Assembly: GCA_947175555.1 (NCBI GenBank)
Contig: CAMWNK010000003.1
Coordinates: 4,540-68,539 of the forward strand
DNA: 64,000 nucleotides
From: an uncultured Clostridia bacterium
GTDB lineage: Bacteria; Bacillota; Clostridia; Christensenellales; UBA3700
Reading direction: 5' to 3'
The stretch's first letter is position 1, and each line of letters begins with the position of its first letter. Made by a program: the position numbers and the translations under genes. The notes under the pieces are model-generated. The model did no database searches, was not told the DNA's origin, and saw nothing but the letters and a program-made list of their open reading frames with translations. Below are positions 9,287 through 22,100 of this stretch, piece by piece.

Positions 9287-10043
9287 TGTTACCGACCTCC
9301 GACTTTAATTTGTATGATGTGGCGGCATATGCCAGCACTGTTACTTTAGATGCTCCGCACTTATACACGGCTTGAGCTATCGCGCTTGCCGTAGAGCCCG
9401 TGGTAAGCACGTCGTCTATTATCAATACTCTCTTGCCCTTGAGCAATGCCGCTGCTTTGCCCGCCCCGTATACGCCTACGGCATTATTCTCTCTTTCTCT
9501 TGCGCCGAGTTTGGCTTGCTCCTTATTATTAATGAGCTTAACTATAGCCTCATCGGTATAATCCAATCTCAGCCTATCCGCAAACTCTTGCGCCAGCAGC
9601 GCCGCGTGATTGAATTTCCTTTGCCTTCTTACCGCTTTATGCATAGGCGCGGGGATAGCGATATCGCAAGCCATATCTTCGTCAAGATACTTGTCAATCA
9701 TCGGCATAGCCATGTAATAAGAGTAATACCTCTTGCCTCCGAACTTGAGCCCGTGAACAAGTTTCGACGCCAATCCGTCATACACGTAACACTCGCGGGC
9801 ATAATCGAAGTGCCTTAGATTATTCATACAAGTTGTGCAATACTCGGACTCGTTGGCTATTGCTCTGCCGCACTTAGCGCATCGCAGCGACTCTATCGGT
9901 ATCAGTTGCTTCTTGCACGCATCGCACAGTCCGCTACCGTCTTGCTCAAAAAGTTCTTCATCGCAACTAATGCAACTGAATTTGTCGACAAATATCTCTC
10001 GCATCACGCGATAAAATTTCTTTATACCCTCTGACATCGCCAT
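9267..10043 (-). CDS. comFC: ComF family protein (ComFC-type phosphoribosyltransferase with N-terminal zinc ribbons)
   Basis: Cys pairs CISCDEE...CDAC and CAKCG...CTTC, plus the PRTase motif VLIIDDVLTTGST. The ORF track extends to GTG 10064, but that codon lies upstream of the predicted -10. The start is set at ATG 10043 and is uncertain (10037 is also possible). Confidence 0.75.
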   Translation of the reverse strand: MAMSEGIKKFYRVMREIFVDKFSCISCDEELFEQDGSGLCDACKKQLIPIESLRCAKCGRAIANESEYCTTCMNNLRHFDYARECYVYDGLASKLVHGLKFGGKRYYSYYMAMPMIDKYLDEDMACDIAIPAPMHKAVRRQRKFNHAALLAQEFADRLRLDYTDEAIVKLINNKEQAKLGARERENNAVGVYGAGKAAALLKGKRVLIIDDVLTTGSTASAIAQAVYKCGASKVTVLAYAATSYKLKSEVGNNEDEMV

Positions 10044-10047
10044 AAAT

Positions 10048-10076
10048 ATTATAACACGCAACACCTCATGAGTAAA
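10048..10076 (-). promoter_or_regulatory. candidate promoter for comFC-GH13
   Basis: The minus strand reads TTTACT (10076-10071), a 17-nt spacer, then extended -10 TGtTATAAT (10056-10048). The ATG begins 5 nt downstream, so the leader may be absent or very short. Confidence 0.35.
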
Positions 10077-10101
10077 TACGTAAATTTACAATTATTACGG
10101 T

Positions 10102-10134
10102 AAAAAAGGCGGTCTCCATATCGAAAACCGCCCC
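10102..10134 (-). terminator. rho-independent terminator after the 4,477-aa gene
   Basis: The minus strand reads GGCGGT-loop-ACCGCC followed by TTTTTT (plus-strand stems at 10108-10113 and 10127-10132, A-tract at 10102-10107). Confidence 0.6.
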
Positions 10135-10159
10135 TTGGAAATTAATTCTTATCGATTGA

Positions 10160-13100
10160 TTACCAAGTATACTCGGCGACCAATTCTATCTTGAAAGATT
10201 GATATGTGTACTCAATAGTCATCGACTGCAAGTGCATGGTAGCGCAATCGGCAACTGCCGTAATTGTAGCATTTCTGTAATTGCTTGCGGCGCTGTCGCC
10301 CTCCCAAAAACCTCTCGCGTCGATTATATCTCCTTTATACGTGCCTACGCTACCCTCAAATGTCGTCTCGGTCTCGTTGAAGTAATTAGCACTGAAGTTA
10401 AATCCCAGCGTTCCGTCAAACGACGGCACCACGCCGCTGATTACACCTTGCAGATGCTCGTTGACTGTAACTTTACCGTCCTTATAAGAATAAACAACAG
10501 TATTGCCGTCCGAGATTGTATACGATACATTGGGAGCAGCGCCGTTGAGCACAGCCGACGATGCCGCGGTAAGAATGGTATTGGAGTCATACGTCTCCTT
10601 ACATCCTACCATCACAAAGGTGAAAGCAATCACTATGCACACAACTGCAATCAGCACCGCTATAGTCTTACTCTTACGAGCCTTTACGCTCTTAACCTCT
10701 GCCACATCGCAAGCTCCTTCTCTTTTCTTTCTGCGACCTACAAGCATAACGCCCGCCACAGCAACTGCCGCTGCGCTAACAGTAACCGCCGTTCCGACCG
10801 CCGCGGCCGTATCAGCTCCGGATATAGACTTGCTTGCCATCCTATCCGCAGTAGAATTAGCGGATGCAACGACAGAGTTGAGCTTTGCGACATAAGACTC
10901 GTAAGACGACGTCGCAGCAGCTACCGAAGCATTGAACTCGGACGTCTTCTCGGCATCTGCGACACGGTTGACGTCGCTGAGCATCTTAGCGTATTCGGCA
11001 AGAGACGAAGCTCTGAAAGTGCTCTTCAATCTATCGGCTACCGTAGTAACTTTAGACGGTGCGAGCGTTGTCTTAACGCTTATGCTCTTCCACAGCTGCG
11101 AATCGCTGATATCGTTAGCGTAGTTGCTATCGTTGATTCTGAATATGATATTGTAGTCCTTATCATCGTCAAGTCCCTCGACGACGCTGCCCGAGAATAC
11201 GCTCCAAGTATTGCCGCCGTCTATCGAATACTCGTAAGCTCTCGTCATACCTGAGACAATCGCTATATCAACTCTCGTCGACCTTATACCCGACACGGAA
11301 ATCCTGAAATTGTAATCGCTGCTCTGCGCCACGGTAAGCGACGTAGTCAAGGAAGATCTTACGGTATCCGCGCCCGCAAGGGTTGCGTCATACTCGACTT
11401 CGACTCTGTAAGTGCCTACAGGCAATCCAGCAGTAGATGTAAATCTCAATGTCCTCGCCTCGGTACCTTGACCTACTATCCATACAAACTCTCTCGCACT
11501 TGCAATCAGCGCTATGCTACCTTGCTCGGTATATGCGGTAATCTTATTGATATGAACAGTCAAATCACCGTCGAGCTTTGCGCCGGGATCGAGCGAGGAA
11601 ACTCTCAAATCGATATCTTGAGTAATATTGTCTCCATACACGATAGAACCAACCGACTGAGGCATAGCCACGGATGCGCCTATATAGTAGGTGATAACAT
11701 AGTTGTTATCCGCATCCAAGAGATGTCCCTTGAAGTTATTATCACCTGTTACCGATACGGCGTGCGTACCCGTCTTGGTGTGAGGGGTAGTATTATTGTA
11801 GGTGTAATCAGTCCTTTCGGTAAGTATATTACCGTTGAAGGAAATCACCAATCCGCGCAATTCTATAGGCTCGCCGGTGTATGCGTAAGACTTGATATAA
11901 TCGACAGTCAAATTACCCGACAAATATGCCTGCTGCAAATCTGCCGCCTCGATAACAAAGTCATGCACGACAAACGAACCGCTGTAATTGCCGACGAACG
12001 TAACTACCGCGTCGAACTTGCCTGCGTTGACAGTGTCTGTACCGAAGTCGACAGTATAGTCGCTGCTTGCCACAAGCCTTCTGCTCTCGGATACCCAAAT
12101 ATCTATTGCAGGCGTCTGCGCCTTGCCGTTGTATGTAGCATAATCAAGAGTTACGGACGTGTTGTAAAGCGCGCCTCTGTCTACTGCTTTAACAGTAGAT
12201 ACGTTGCTGACGTCGAAGCGCTCTATCACATACTTATACTCGACGTAATTCTTATCGGCGTCGAGGTCGAAGCACCAGTTGGAGTACGCTGCGATTGTGA
12301 ACCTTACGGTGTATACGCCTGCGTCCTTGACCGTGCTTACGATATTGCCACCTTCATCCCTTACCTCGGTGATAAGGTCGGCGCTGGGAGCCTTACCGTA
12401 TATACCGTATATTGCGGTAAAGCCGAAGTCGCTGCTCCTCTTTTCCAAAGTATCGTACACCTTCGTGAATACGTGATCATCGTCGGTGTCATGATTATCG
12501 TCGAACCAAGTCGTGATCTTAAGATCGCCGCCTACGTCGTGATTTTTGGTAATTACTACGTTCATCACGTAATCCGCGCTTGCGCCGTTGACCTTGACAT
12601 CGTAGTTATTGCTGTTCATGACAAGCGAAATTCCGCTGTACGCACCGGGGAGCGTAGGCTCGACATTGGCGCCGAGATTAATGCTCCACATTGTATTTCT
12701 GTTACCGTTAACGACGTTTACATCGTTGGTTATATCTTTTACGTCAAAGTAATCTGCAAAGTTGAACGCCTTGCCTACATACTGCAACGTAAGCTCATGA
12801 AGCTCGGCATTATAACCCTCTCCGTCCTTGAAAGACAGCGCGTCTTTAAGCTGAACCTCGACGTCCGCCTTCGCAATATTGAGCGTAACGGCTATATCGA
12901 CAAACTCATCTGCATTGATAAACTCATAATTGGTCGTATCTCTGAGCGCCATGGAGAATGTCGCAGTTACGCTGCCCACGTCGGTAAGCGAGTAAGTCGC
13001 AACTGCGGGAGGCACGATAATGCTGTTGTACAGATTCTTATCGGCGGTGATAACTCCGTCCGCATCCTTGTTGAACGCACCGTCATAAGTCAACGTGATA

Positions 13101-16100
13101 TCGGAGTACGCGCTGCCGCTGTATATTCTGTCTATCGTCGCCTTGCCGTCTATTATCTGAACGCTTAGCGCGCTTGCGCCTTCGCTGCCGAGATATGCGG
13201 ACATAGCCTTAGTATCAAGCACGAACTTCTGTCTTGCCACATAGAGGTCTATCTCCTCATATACCAGTTCAAGGTAATAGTTGTCATTGACGGCGCTGTG
13301 AGACAGCTCGCCCTGCACGTAATACGCTCCCGCATATTCGCCTGCATTGCTGTAGGCATGATAAGAGGTATCGAGGTCAGCCACGGTCCATACTACTTCG
13401 GGAGTAGCATCGCCTGCAACATAGCCGACAACCTCATAATACGTGCAACCTGCCTTGTTAAATTCGCTTTGTATATCGGCGGCATTGATACGCGCATCGC
13501 CGTATGTGAGCCAATAAGACAGACCGCCGACTACGTTGACCGATATTGCCCTCTTGTATATTTCAACGGTAGGCAACGACGTTCCGGATACGATATTGAC
13601 GGAATAATCGACGTTATCGTCTCCCAGATACATCATGATAGGATAATATTTGCCGACGTTGGATATACCGCTATCCGTCTTGTAGTATGCTACTTCGGGA
13701 TGATTAGCGTCGAGCCAATCGGTGATATAAGCATTGTTGCCGTCGCGAACTGCCTGAGCATATTCGGCAACTATTGCCGTCGCTTGACTGCTGCCTGTAT
13801 CGCCCCAAGCATTGTTGCCTATATACAGTATATATTTACCCGCATCGCTTGCGCTGTAGACCTCGCCGTTAAGCAAAATCGTAGCGACATCGTTGGGCGC
13901 GATATTATACTTACCGTTGTATTCCTTTCTGTCGACATAATCGCTGTTATAGCTGATATCGACATTCGCCTTATTGACGGTGAACGTAGCCGTTACCACA
14001 TCAGACTTAGCATAATCGTCGGTTTCGTCAACGTACATCTCAATCGTATAATTGCCTGCGTCTACAACTCTATCGACGATGCTTCCATCCTTATAATATA
14101 CGATGTGAATTTCATTAGGCTCGAACTCTGCGGTAATATCCCTGTTGATAGAGCCTTCGGGCGTGGTGATTCTATACGAAACGTTCCATACCCTTGCGTC
14201 GTACACCTTAGATCCCGTCTGTCCGATTTCTACATTGGCAATCGCCTTTGTAACCTCGAAGTCGATTACGAAATCGCAGCCTGCGATATTTGCATCAGTC
14301 ATATTGACGCTTATCTTATACTTACCGACGGAATATATGCCGTCCACTATCGCATAGTCGCCTACGCCGTTCCTGCTCCACGTGTAGGAGAGGTCATAGC
14401 TGCCGACTGTATACTTCTCGCCGGTGGTAATAGCATTGCCCGACTCGTCGAAGTAAGTCATCGTTATTTCGATACTGTTTTTAATCTCCTGCTCCCAAGC
14501 TGCCGAAGTAACCGCTGCGGAGAACTCTTTGCTCTTGGGCAACGCGTCTGTATTGAGCGAGGAATTGACACCCGAAACAAGTTGTACCGGCTTGACCGTG
14601 ATACTGGTCTTGGAATCGGCACTGGAGAGGTCAATCAACTCTACGTTGTTGCGTATCGCGTTGTTGGATGCAACAGCCCACGTCCAGCCGTAGAATATCG
14701 TATACTTACCTACGGGAGACGTATATCCTTGATAAGTGCTCTTACCCTCGTTCCTTACGGTAATCAAGTTACGCACGTTATTCTCGAACTGAGTATTCTT
14801 ACCTCTGCCTTCTACGGGGCTGATATCGTGCCCTATAGACATCTTGCTGACGTCGAAAGCCGTACCGAACTCAGTCTCGTATTCCTCGGTGCTGTCGCTG
14901 ATCAGCTCAAACCAATACTCGGCAGGTCTGATTATATACTCGATAACCCATGTCGCGGCGTTGTATCTGACTTGGTCGCCTGCATAAGTAACGCGGATAT
15001 AATACTTACCGGCATTATATATGCTATTTCTTGCGATAGCCGTAGTGCATGCCCTGTCCGCAAAATACTCAATCGTGAGGTCGGATGAAGCCATGTCCTC
15101 ATATCCGTCGTTATCGGCATCGGTAAAATGCTTATAATCCCTGTTGTTTAACTTAATAACGTCGCCGCTGTCCTCGCCCGCGATTCCGTGGAAACTATGC
15201 TTGGGATCGCTGGACCTAAGAGGAGCGTTGCTTGCGGTGAAGTCATTGAAGTATGTCAGTCTGTCAGCCTCTGCAATGGAGAAAGACGTATTATTGAGCG
15301 TAATCGTAGCTCCGCCGCTCGCATGGTGATTGACGTTCTGCTCGCTGCTGTTGCCGTCGTCGTCAAAGACCAACTCTCTTGCCTGACTGTAGTAGCTGTT
15401 GGTAGAGTTATCGATTTCGATATCTATCTTATATCTACCCGCGAACGAGAAGTCGAACACGCCCATATAAGGACCGGTCTGAATCTCTATACCCAACTCA
15501 CCGCTGGAATAGTAGTGCTTGACAGGCTTATTGGCTTCAATCATGCCGTCGAGGGCATTTCCGTTAGAGTCATAACGCTGACTTGTATTCCACGTCCAGC
15601 GATACAGCCTTGTATAAATATCTTTTTCGCCGTCGTTACCTACATAGTAGCTTACGTCGATGGTAATATTACCGAACTTATAATCGTAAGCTCCGGCTAT
15701 GGAGATGATTTCGTCGTTGATATACCATACGCCGCTCTCTTCGTAGATTACGTCCTTGCCGTTGATACCTACGACACCGTCGTACTGCTTCTCGATATTC
15801 CTTGTAGCAGATACCGACATTATACCCTTTCTGACGGTATACACGCCGAGGTCCGCACCCGAATTGATAACGTAATAAGCATCGATATCATTGACGAAGT
15901 TGCCGTCGTTGATCTGGTTGATACGCAACATTACGTAGTACTCTCCGGGCTTAGCGACAACGCCTGTTATCGGAGGATTGGATACGGCGTAGGTATACGT
16001 CTTATTGTTGTAAGTAATAGTAGACGTATTGTTTCCGCCGTTGCTCTTTTCGTAGAAGAATAGCGTAGCATCGATATCCGAGCTGGGATACCTGATAGTC

Positions 16101-19100
16101 TTAGCCTGGTCGGTACCCGCAAGCAGCGTGATGAGTATATTGTCGGGACGCTGCGAGTTACCGTTATAATACTGCTCGGCTGTAGAAATGCTGACGGAAA
16201 TCTTATCCGAACGGTTGATTGTATACGTCCAGTACGTATCTACCGCATTGACAACATACATATAATCGTCATAAACGTAGTTGCGGCTGTCAAAGGTCAA
16301 CTTGATTGTATAGTCGCCCGCATTAATAGTGTCATCCCTAAGCTCGAGGTTGAGTATGATAACCTCGTAATACTCAACGCTTATGCTGCCTACTATACCA
16401 GACTTAAGCGTAACGTCGGGGTGCTGAGGCAACGCGTTATAAGTATATCCGCCCGCAGGAGCATTGACGGTAACGTAATTATATATATCGTCCCTTGATA
16501 TCTGCGCGGGAGTTACGTTGAGCGTTATATTGCTAAACGTTGCATCGGCGAAGTTATCGGCATTGGATACGGTAACCGTTACCGTATATATACCTGCATC
16601 AAATACTTGAGAAAGTCTTGTCGAGGTATCTTGATTCCAAACCGCGCTGATAGTTATTATCAAAGCGCCGTGAACGTCCACGTCGTATACATTGCCGTTG
16701 TTAAACGTAAAGCTGAGCGCAGAGGCGTCGAACAACTTATTATCGGCGCTACCGCTATACACTGCTGTGCCGTTGAACGAAGAGTCATATCCCGCAATCG
16801 CCGACAGCGTAAGATTAGCCTTAGCAACGCTGAACTGCGACCAGCCTATCTCTGTAAGGCTGTAATTGTTGACATCGGCTGCGCCGCCGTTAACAGACGC
16901 AAGACGAGCCATAGCCCAGTAGTCGCCCACTGCGGCAACTGCAACGGCATTGGTATCTGCCGTTACGTCCTCTCTGGACGCATAATACTTGATCTGCCAT
17001 ACGAGCTCTTCACCGTTAGGAATATTGATATTATCCGATACGTTAAAGGTGAATATGCCCGTTATCTCAGAGCCTGTATACGAAGGCTCGAACGCCTTAA
17101 CATAGCTACCGCGCAACACGACGGGGGTAACGGTGTACTTACCTCTTGTCTGCGAAGTTACGCTATAGTTGCCGCTGATGTCTACGCCGTCCTCATCCTT
17201 AAATACTATATTGCTGTATTCGTAAGTATAGCTGCCTACGGACAAGGTCGCAATATCCGTAATGGGAGCGCCCGCATTGTATGCCACTGCGCCTGATACC
17301 GACGAAAGGCTGTCGCCTGCGATGAGCGTCGTATTCATAGAGAATGCGCCGAGAGGGATATCCGCCGTGCCGTATACGCCCGTCCTATCGCCCCAAGTGA
17401 TAACTACGGGCTTAGCCGTTACGGTAACATCGCCCTTCTTGACTGTTACGAAATTAATATTCGTACCGGGGTTGCTGTACCTGGGCTCTATCATACCCGT
17501 ATGAGTACCCACGTTGGGATTATCACGGTCTGTATTAAACACCAAAGATATAAATCTCGATATCAACTCCGCATGATCGGTGCCGTCGCAGAAATCGGGC
17601 TCGTTGGTATATTCTATTGTAAGCAAGTTGCTTACCAATCTATTGTAATCCGTACCGTATACGAACTCAAGATCGCCTACGCTGACATTGACGTTGAGTT
17701 TCTCGACTATGATTTTACCTTCATTCTCATGCAGGTCATAGTCGCTGAGTATGAGTGTCTCGCCTGTATAATCGGGATCGATGGCAAGCTCAGCCGTGTA
17801 CATATACTCGCCTACATTGGGCATAGTGCCGAGAACATCCGAAGAGTACGTTATGGAAAGTCCTCTGTGCTGCGAGATGTAGGATAACTCGTCGCTATTG
17901 ATACTCTCCAACAACGCCTCATCGATAACGTGGTGATAAGGTATGACGATATCCGCAAGCTCGCCGTCGGGAGTTACGGGGACAGGATTGATAATCAGTC
18001 TTGTGGTAGTCTGCATAATCCATGTCGAAGGTACCGTACCGCCCTGAGGAACAGAACTTACGTTGAGTATATAATTTATATTGTACACGCCTGCGTGCGT
18101 AGGCTTAACTCTGCCGGTAAGACCGAGTATACCGTCGCCGTCATCCATGAAGAAGTTGGTGAAGTCGCTACTGCCGGGCGTCAACAATATACTCTCTGCA
18201 AAAGGTGTATTCTTGCCTATCCTGCCGGTAACGGAAATCTGCAACGAGAGCACGCTGTCTATACCCTTATAATCGGTATTGGAATGATTAATCTCACCGT
18301 TGATAGCGTCGATTGTCGCATCGTAGGAATTATTGGCGTTGTACGTGAACAGTCTGAAGCCAATCTTGAAATTGCCTCCGTCATAAACGCGCGTGATATC
18401 CTTATTGCCGTCCTCGCCGTCGACGGTAATCATAATACCCATCTGCATTATGGTTATGTCTATGGCATTGAGGTGCGTTGTTACGTCTGTCGCCACATCG
18501 TAATTGCCGCCTGCAAACATCTCCAATTGCAATACTGCTGCATTGACAAGAATATGCAAGTGCAATTCGCCGCTATAATCGTCGTATTGATTGATTATAT
18601 CGGTTATAGCAGTCGTATGCGAATCATTGCTATACAGCTCGAATACAAATCCGTCATATGAGCCTGACGTCTGATGCGACTGCATTATCATATCAAGCTG
18701 CTCGCTTGTAAATGCGGTGCCGTCGGCATCGAACATACGTATCGACTCCGTTATCCAACCGATGTAATCGTCATGCGTATACATGCCGCCGTTACGTAAA
18801 GCATACGAATAGCGCGTAAGAGCATCGACTGACAGAATATACTTTTCGATAGTCAAATCATATCCTATCGTGCTCATAGTGTAATTGGTATACGACGAAG
18901 GCAGCGAAACCTCTACCCTGTAAGACCTGTACGTTCCGTCCGACCTCTTGGTATTGGCGTTGATAGGCGCAGAGCCGAGCGTAGCGCCGTCCTCGCCCTT
19001 AAATACGAATGTGGGAATTACGCTTTCGCCCGCCAGCACGCCAATGAGCGAGTAATCCGCCTCGTATACCGCCTTATTGTACGTGCGGACCTCTTTGCGC

Positions 19101-22100
19101 GAATCCGCTATGTTATTGCCCTCGCTATCATACAAGGCGAAGGTCAAGACCTTAGGATTGACGGTAACATTGATGCTTGCGGAAGCTGCATTTCTGTTAA
19201 CCGTACCGGTATAGCTCACCTTCATGATATAGTTGCCTACCGACTGAGCCGAAGCAACCTCGTTACCGTTAAGGTCGGTGAATACCGTAGATACGAGATT
19301 GGCCTGCAAATCGGGAGTATTGACATTGACTCCGGAATTTTTACCCGTTACCGTTACCGTAACTACAGGCAAGATATTGGCGTTATACTCTTTAACGAAG
19401 TCTTTACCGCCGTTGATGACGATCTCCATATCTTCCTTCTTAATCTCGAAGGTAAGCCCCTGCTTATAGACAGACTCGTAATTATCCGTCTCGTCGAGAT
19501 AAAGAGTAACGTTATACTTACCTGCGGTCTCTACGCCGTTGACCTCGTGCGCGCCGTTATACTCGACGATGATTTTCTCAAAAAGCTCTTGAGCATCGCT
19601 GTCGTTTAGCGCGGTAATATTATCGCGAGTGAACGCAAACTTCTGCAAATCGTCATTATACGTAACGATCTGATCTACTTGCAAGTCAACGAATGCAATC
19701 GCCGCCTTGAGCACCTCTATACTGTCGACCTCGTTGCCGTTAACGTCAAGCAGCGCGTCAAAGACATAGGAGCCGTCGGTAGATACTTGCTCGCTGCTGC
19801 CGTCGGACTTGACAGCTTCATAGCTGCCGGTGAAAGATGCCGACAGATAATACTTGCCTACATTTTCTATATCGGCGCTTTGAGTAAGGTTGATATCCTT
19901 ATAAGAAAGCAATTGTATAGGCGTCTTGACATCGTCTGTAGGATAAGCCAAATCTTGACTTGCTATATGCGTATTAAACGCCCAAGCAGAGCCTTTATAT
20001 CTGTAGACGGTGCTTGTGTCGATATCGGTATGGAGATTGATATGCTTTGCCGCAATGTTATACTCCGTACGCATATTGGAATCGGGATATACGTAATTGC
20101 CGCTTTCCGAAGAAACGAGCACCCCGCCTATCGAGAAATCAACAAGGCTTACGGTGTGCTTACCTGCGGCTCTGGGAGGCGCAACGTATCCGATACCGTT
20201 GCTTGCCAAGTCGTATATCCACTTCTCGCTGGAGGCGTCTATGTTATCGCCGTACATCAATCCCGTAATCCTATAAGTAGGATTGCTATAACTGTCGCCG
20301 TACACCAATGAAGTAGGCATAGTTACCTGCGAGAGGGTGAGCGTAGCTTGATTGACGTACAAAGTACCCCTTGCCGCGCCCGACGTCGAGGGATTGAGAA
20401 CATCGTTGATTACGTTATAGTTGCCGCGCTGTGTTTCGCTCTCAAAAGTAATACCGCGCAGATATATAGGATAAGATCCTGCGTTAAGCCTTCCGCTGTA
20501 ATGAGCGTTGCCTGTACCGAATAGATATTTACCCTCCTCAATCATAGCGTCAAACAACATATTGACGCCGGAAGGCAATGCGGTTATATCCGTAGGATTG
20601 CCGTTGCGGTCGGTAATCTTATACGTATAGCCGGTAAACTCAGCCTGCGATGCAATGGTATCGCCGTAATTTACGACAATGGATCCGGGGGTAACCTGCA
20701 CGTTGACGGGATGGACGGTGAAGTCCTGTATCGCGTCTATGGTGTAATTGTTGGCAGACTCGCCTACAAGTCCTCTGACGCTGAGTCTATACGTAGCCGC
20801 ATCTACCGCTTGCGAGATAGATGTGCCGTTGGCATTGTAATAACCTATCTTGGTAGGATCTGCCTTAACGTCGTCGCCCGACAGAATACCGGTGATAGAG
20901 TATCTTGCTCTCGCGCTCGGATTGTCTGCCGAATACTGGAAGTTAACGCTATTGCCGTTGTAATTGATATCGGGAGTCTCGACATTGATACCGAGAGTCT
21001 TGGGCGTAACAGTATACTCAAACGAGGAATCTCCGTCGGGAGTCAACAACATATAATATGTAGTCGAACCTGAAACAATCCTCATTGCTATATAAGCGCC
21101 TGCCGACGTAACGTTAAACTTATATCTACCCGCATCCTTAGCGAGCTTTCTGCTCGACTCTGCCGTAGCATTATCGCTATCATCGACATTGGCGAACAAT
21201 CCCGAAGTAGAGATATACTTCTGAACAGATGTGTACATATTGGCAAAGTAAGCATGCCCGATAGTCTCTCTATTGGCATTCAAAGAGCTATGCCATGAAT
21301 ACGTCCTGCCATTGTAAGAAGATGAGAATACGTTGTTTCCGCTTGAGTTAAGAATGCTCGGACCGACATTGCCGATAGTTGCCCCATCGACAGGCAGATG
21401 CATAGTAACGCCGCTGTTGCCGTTGAATATCTGCTGGAAGTCCTGATTGTAGCTGTTGTTGCTTGCCATCTTAATCCTCAGGTCGGGATAATCGATAGCC
21501 TTGCCGTTATATTCCTTAGTAATACTTCCGCTGTCAAAAGAGTATGTGGCAGAATCGCCCTTGGATATATTGAGAACCAAGTTACGACCGTTTGCGTTGG
21601 TGCCGTCAAATCCACCGTAAGCCTTGAGCTTGACTCCGGAATTGGCATTCTGCACATATACGGGATCGTATACCGTATGACCGCTTGTTGCAGTATTAAA
21701 TACTGTGCCGTTCTTATTATTCCACGTAGCATCCCATATGATACCGTTGCCGCTTGCGGCAATCTCTATCATATAATTTGCATCTTGCGAAAAGCCTATA
21801 GACGTAATATCATCCGAGCATACCGTAAAGGGCGTAATGGTGGAGTCGTCTGTATCAAATGCAAGAGGCATGGTTATTTCTGTAGCCGCAGCATGGCTAC
21901 TATTGCTTGATACCGAGCCGTTGTCAAGATATGTAGGTCCTGTATATCCCGGAGCCCACTTATACTGAGTGCCGTTGCCGACAGCGTCATACTTATTGGT
22001 AGGCATACTGGAATCTTCTATACCGGTAAATAGATTGTTGGTCAAATAGATGTCTCTATATGTAAGGCTGAAATTAGCACTTGATACCATAGAGCCTCTC

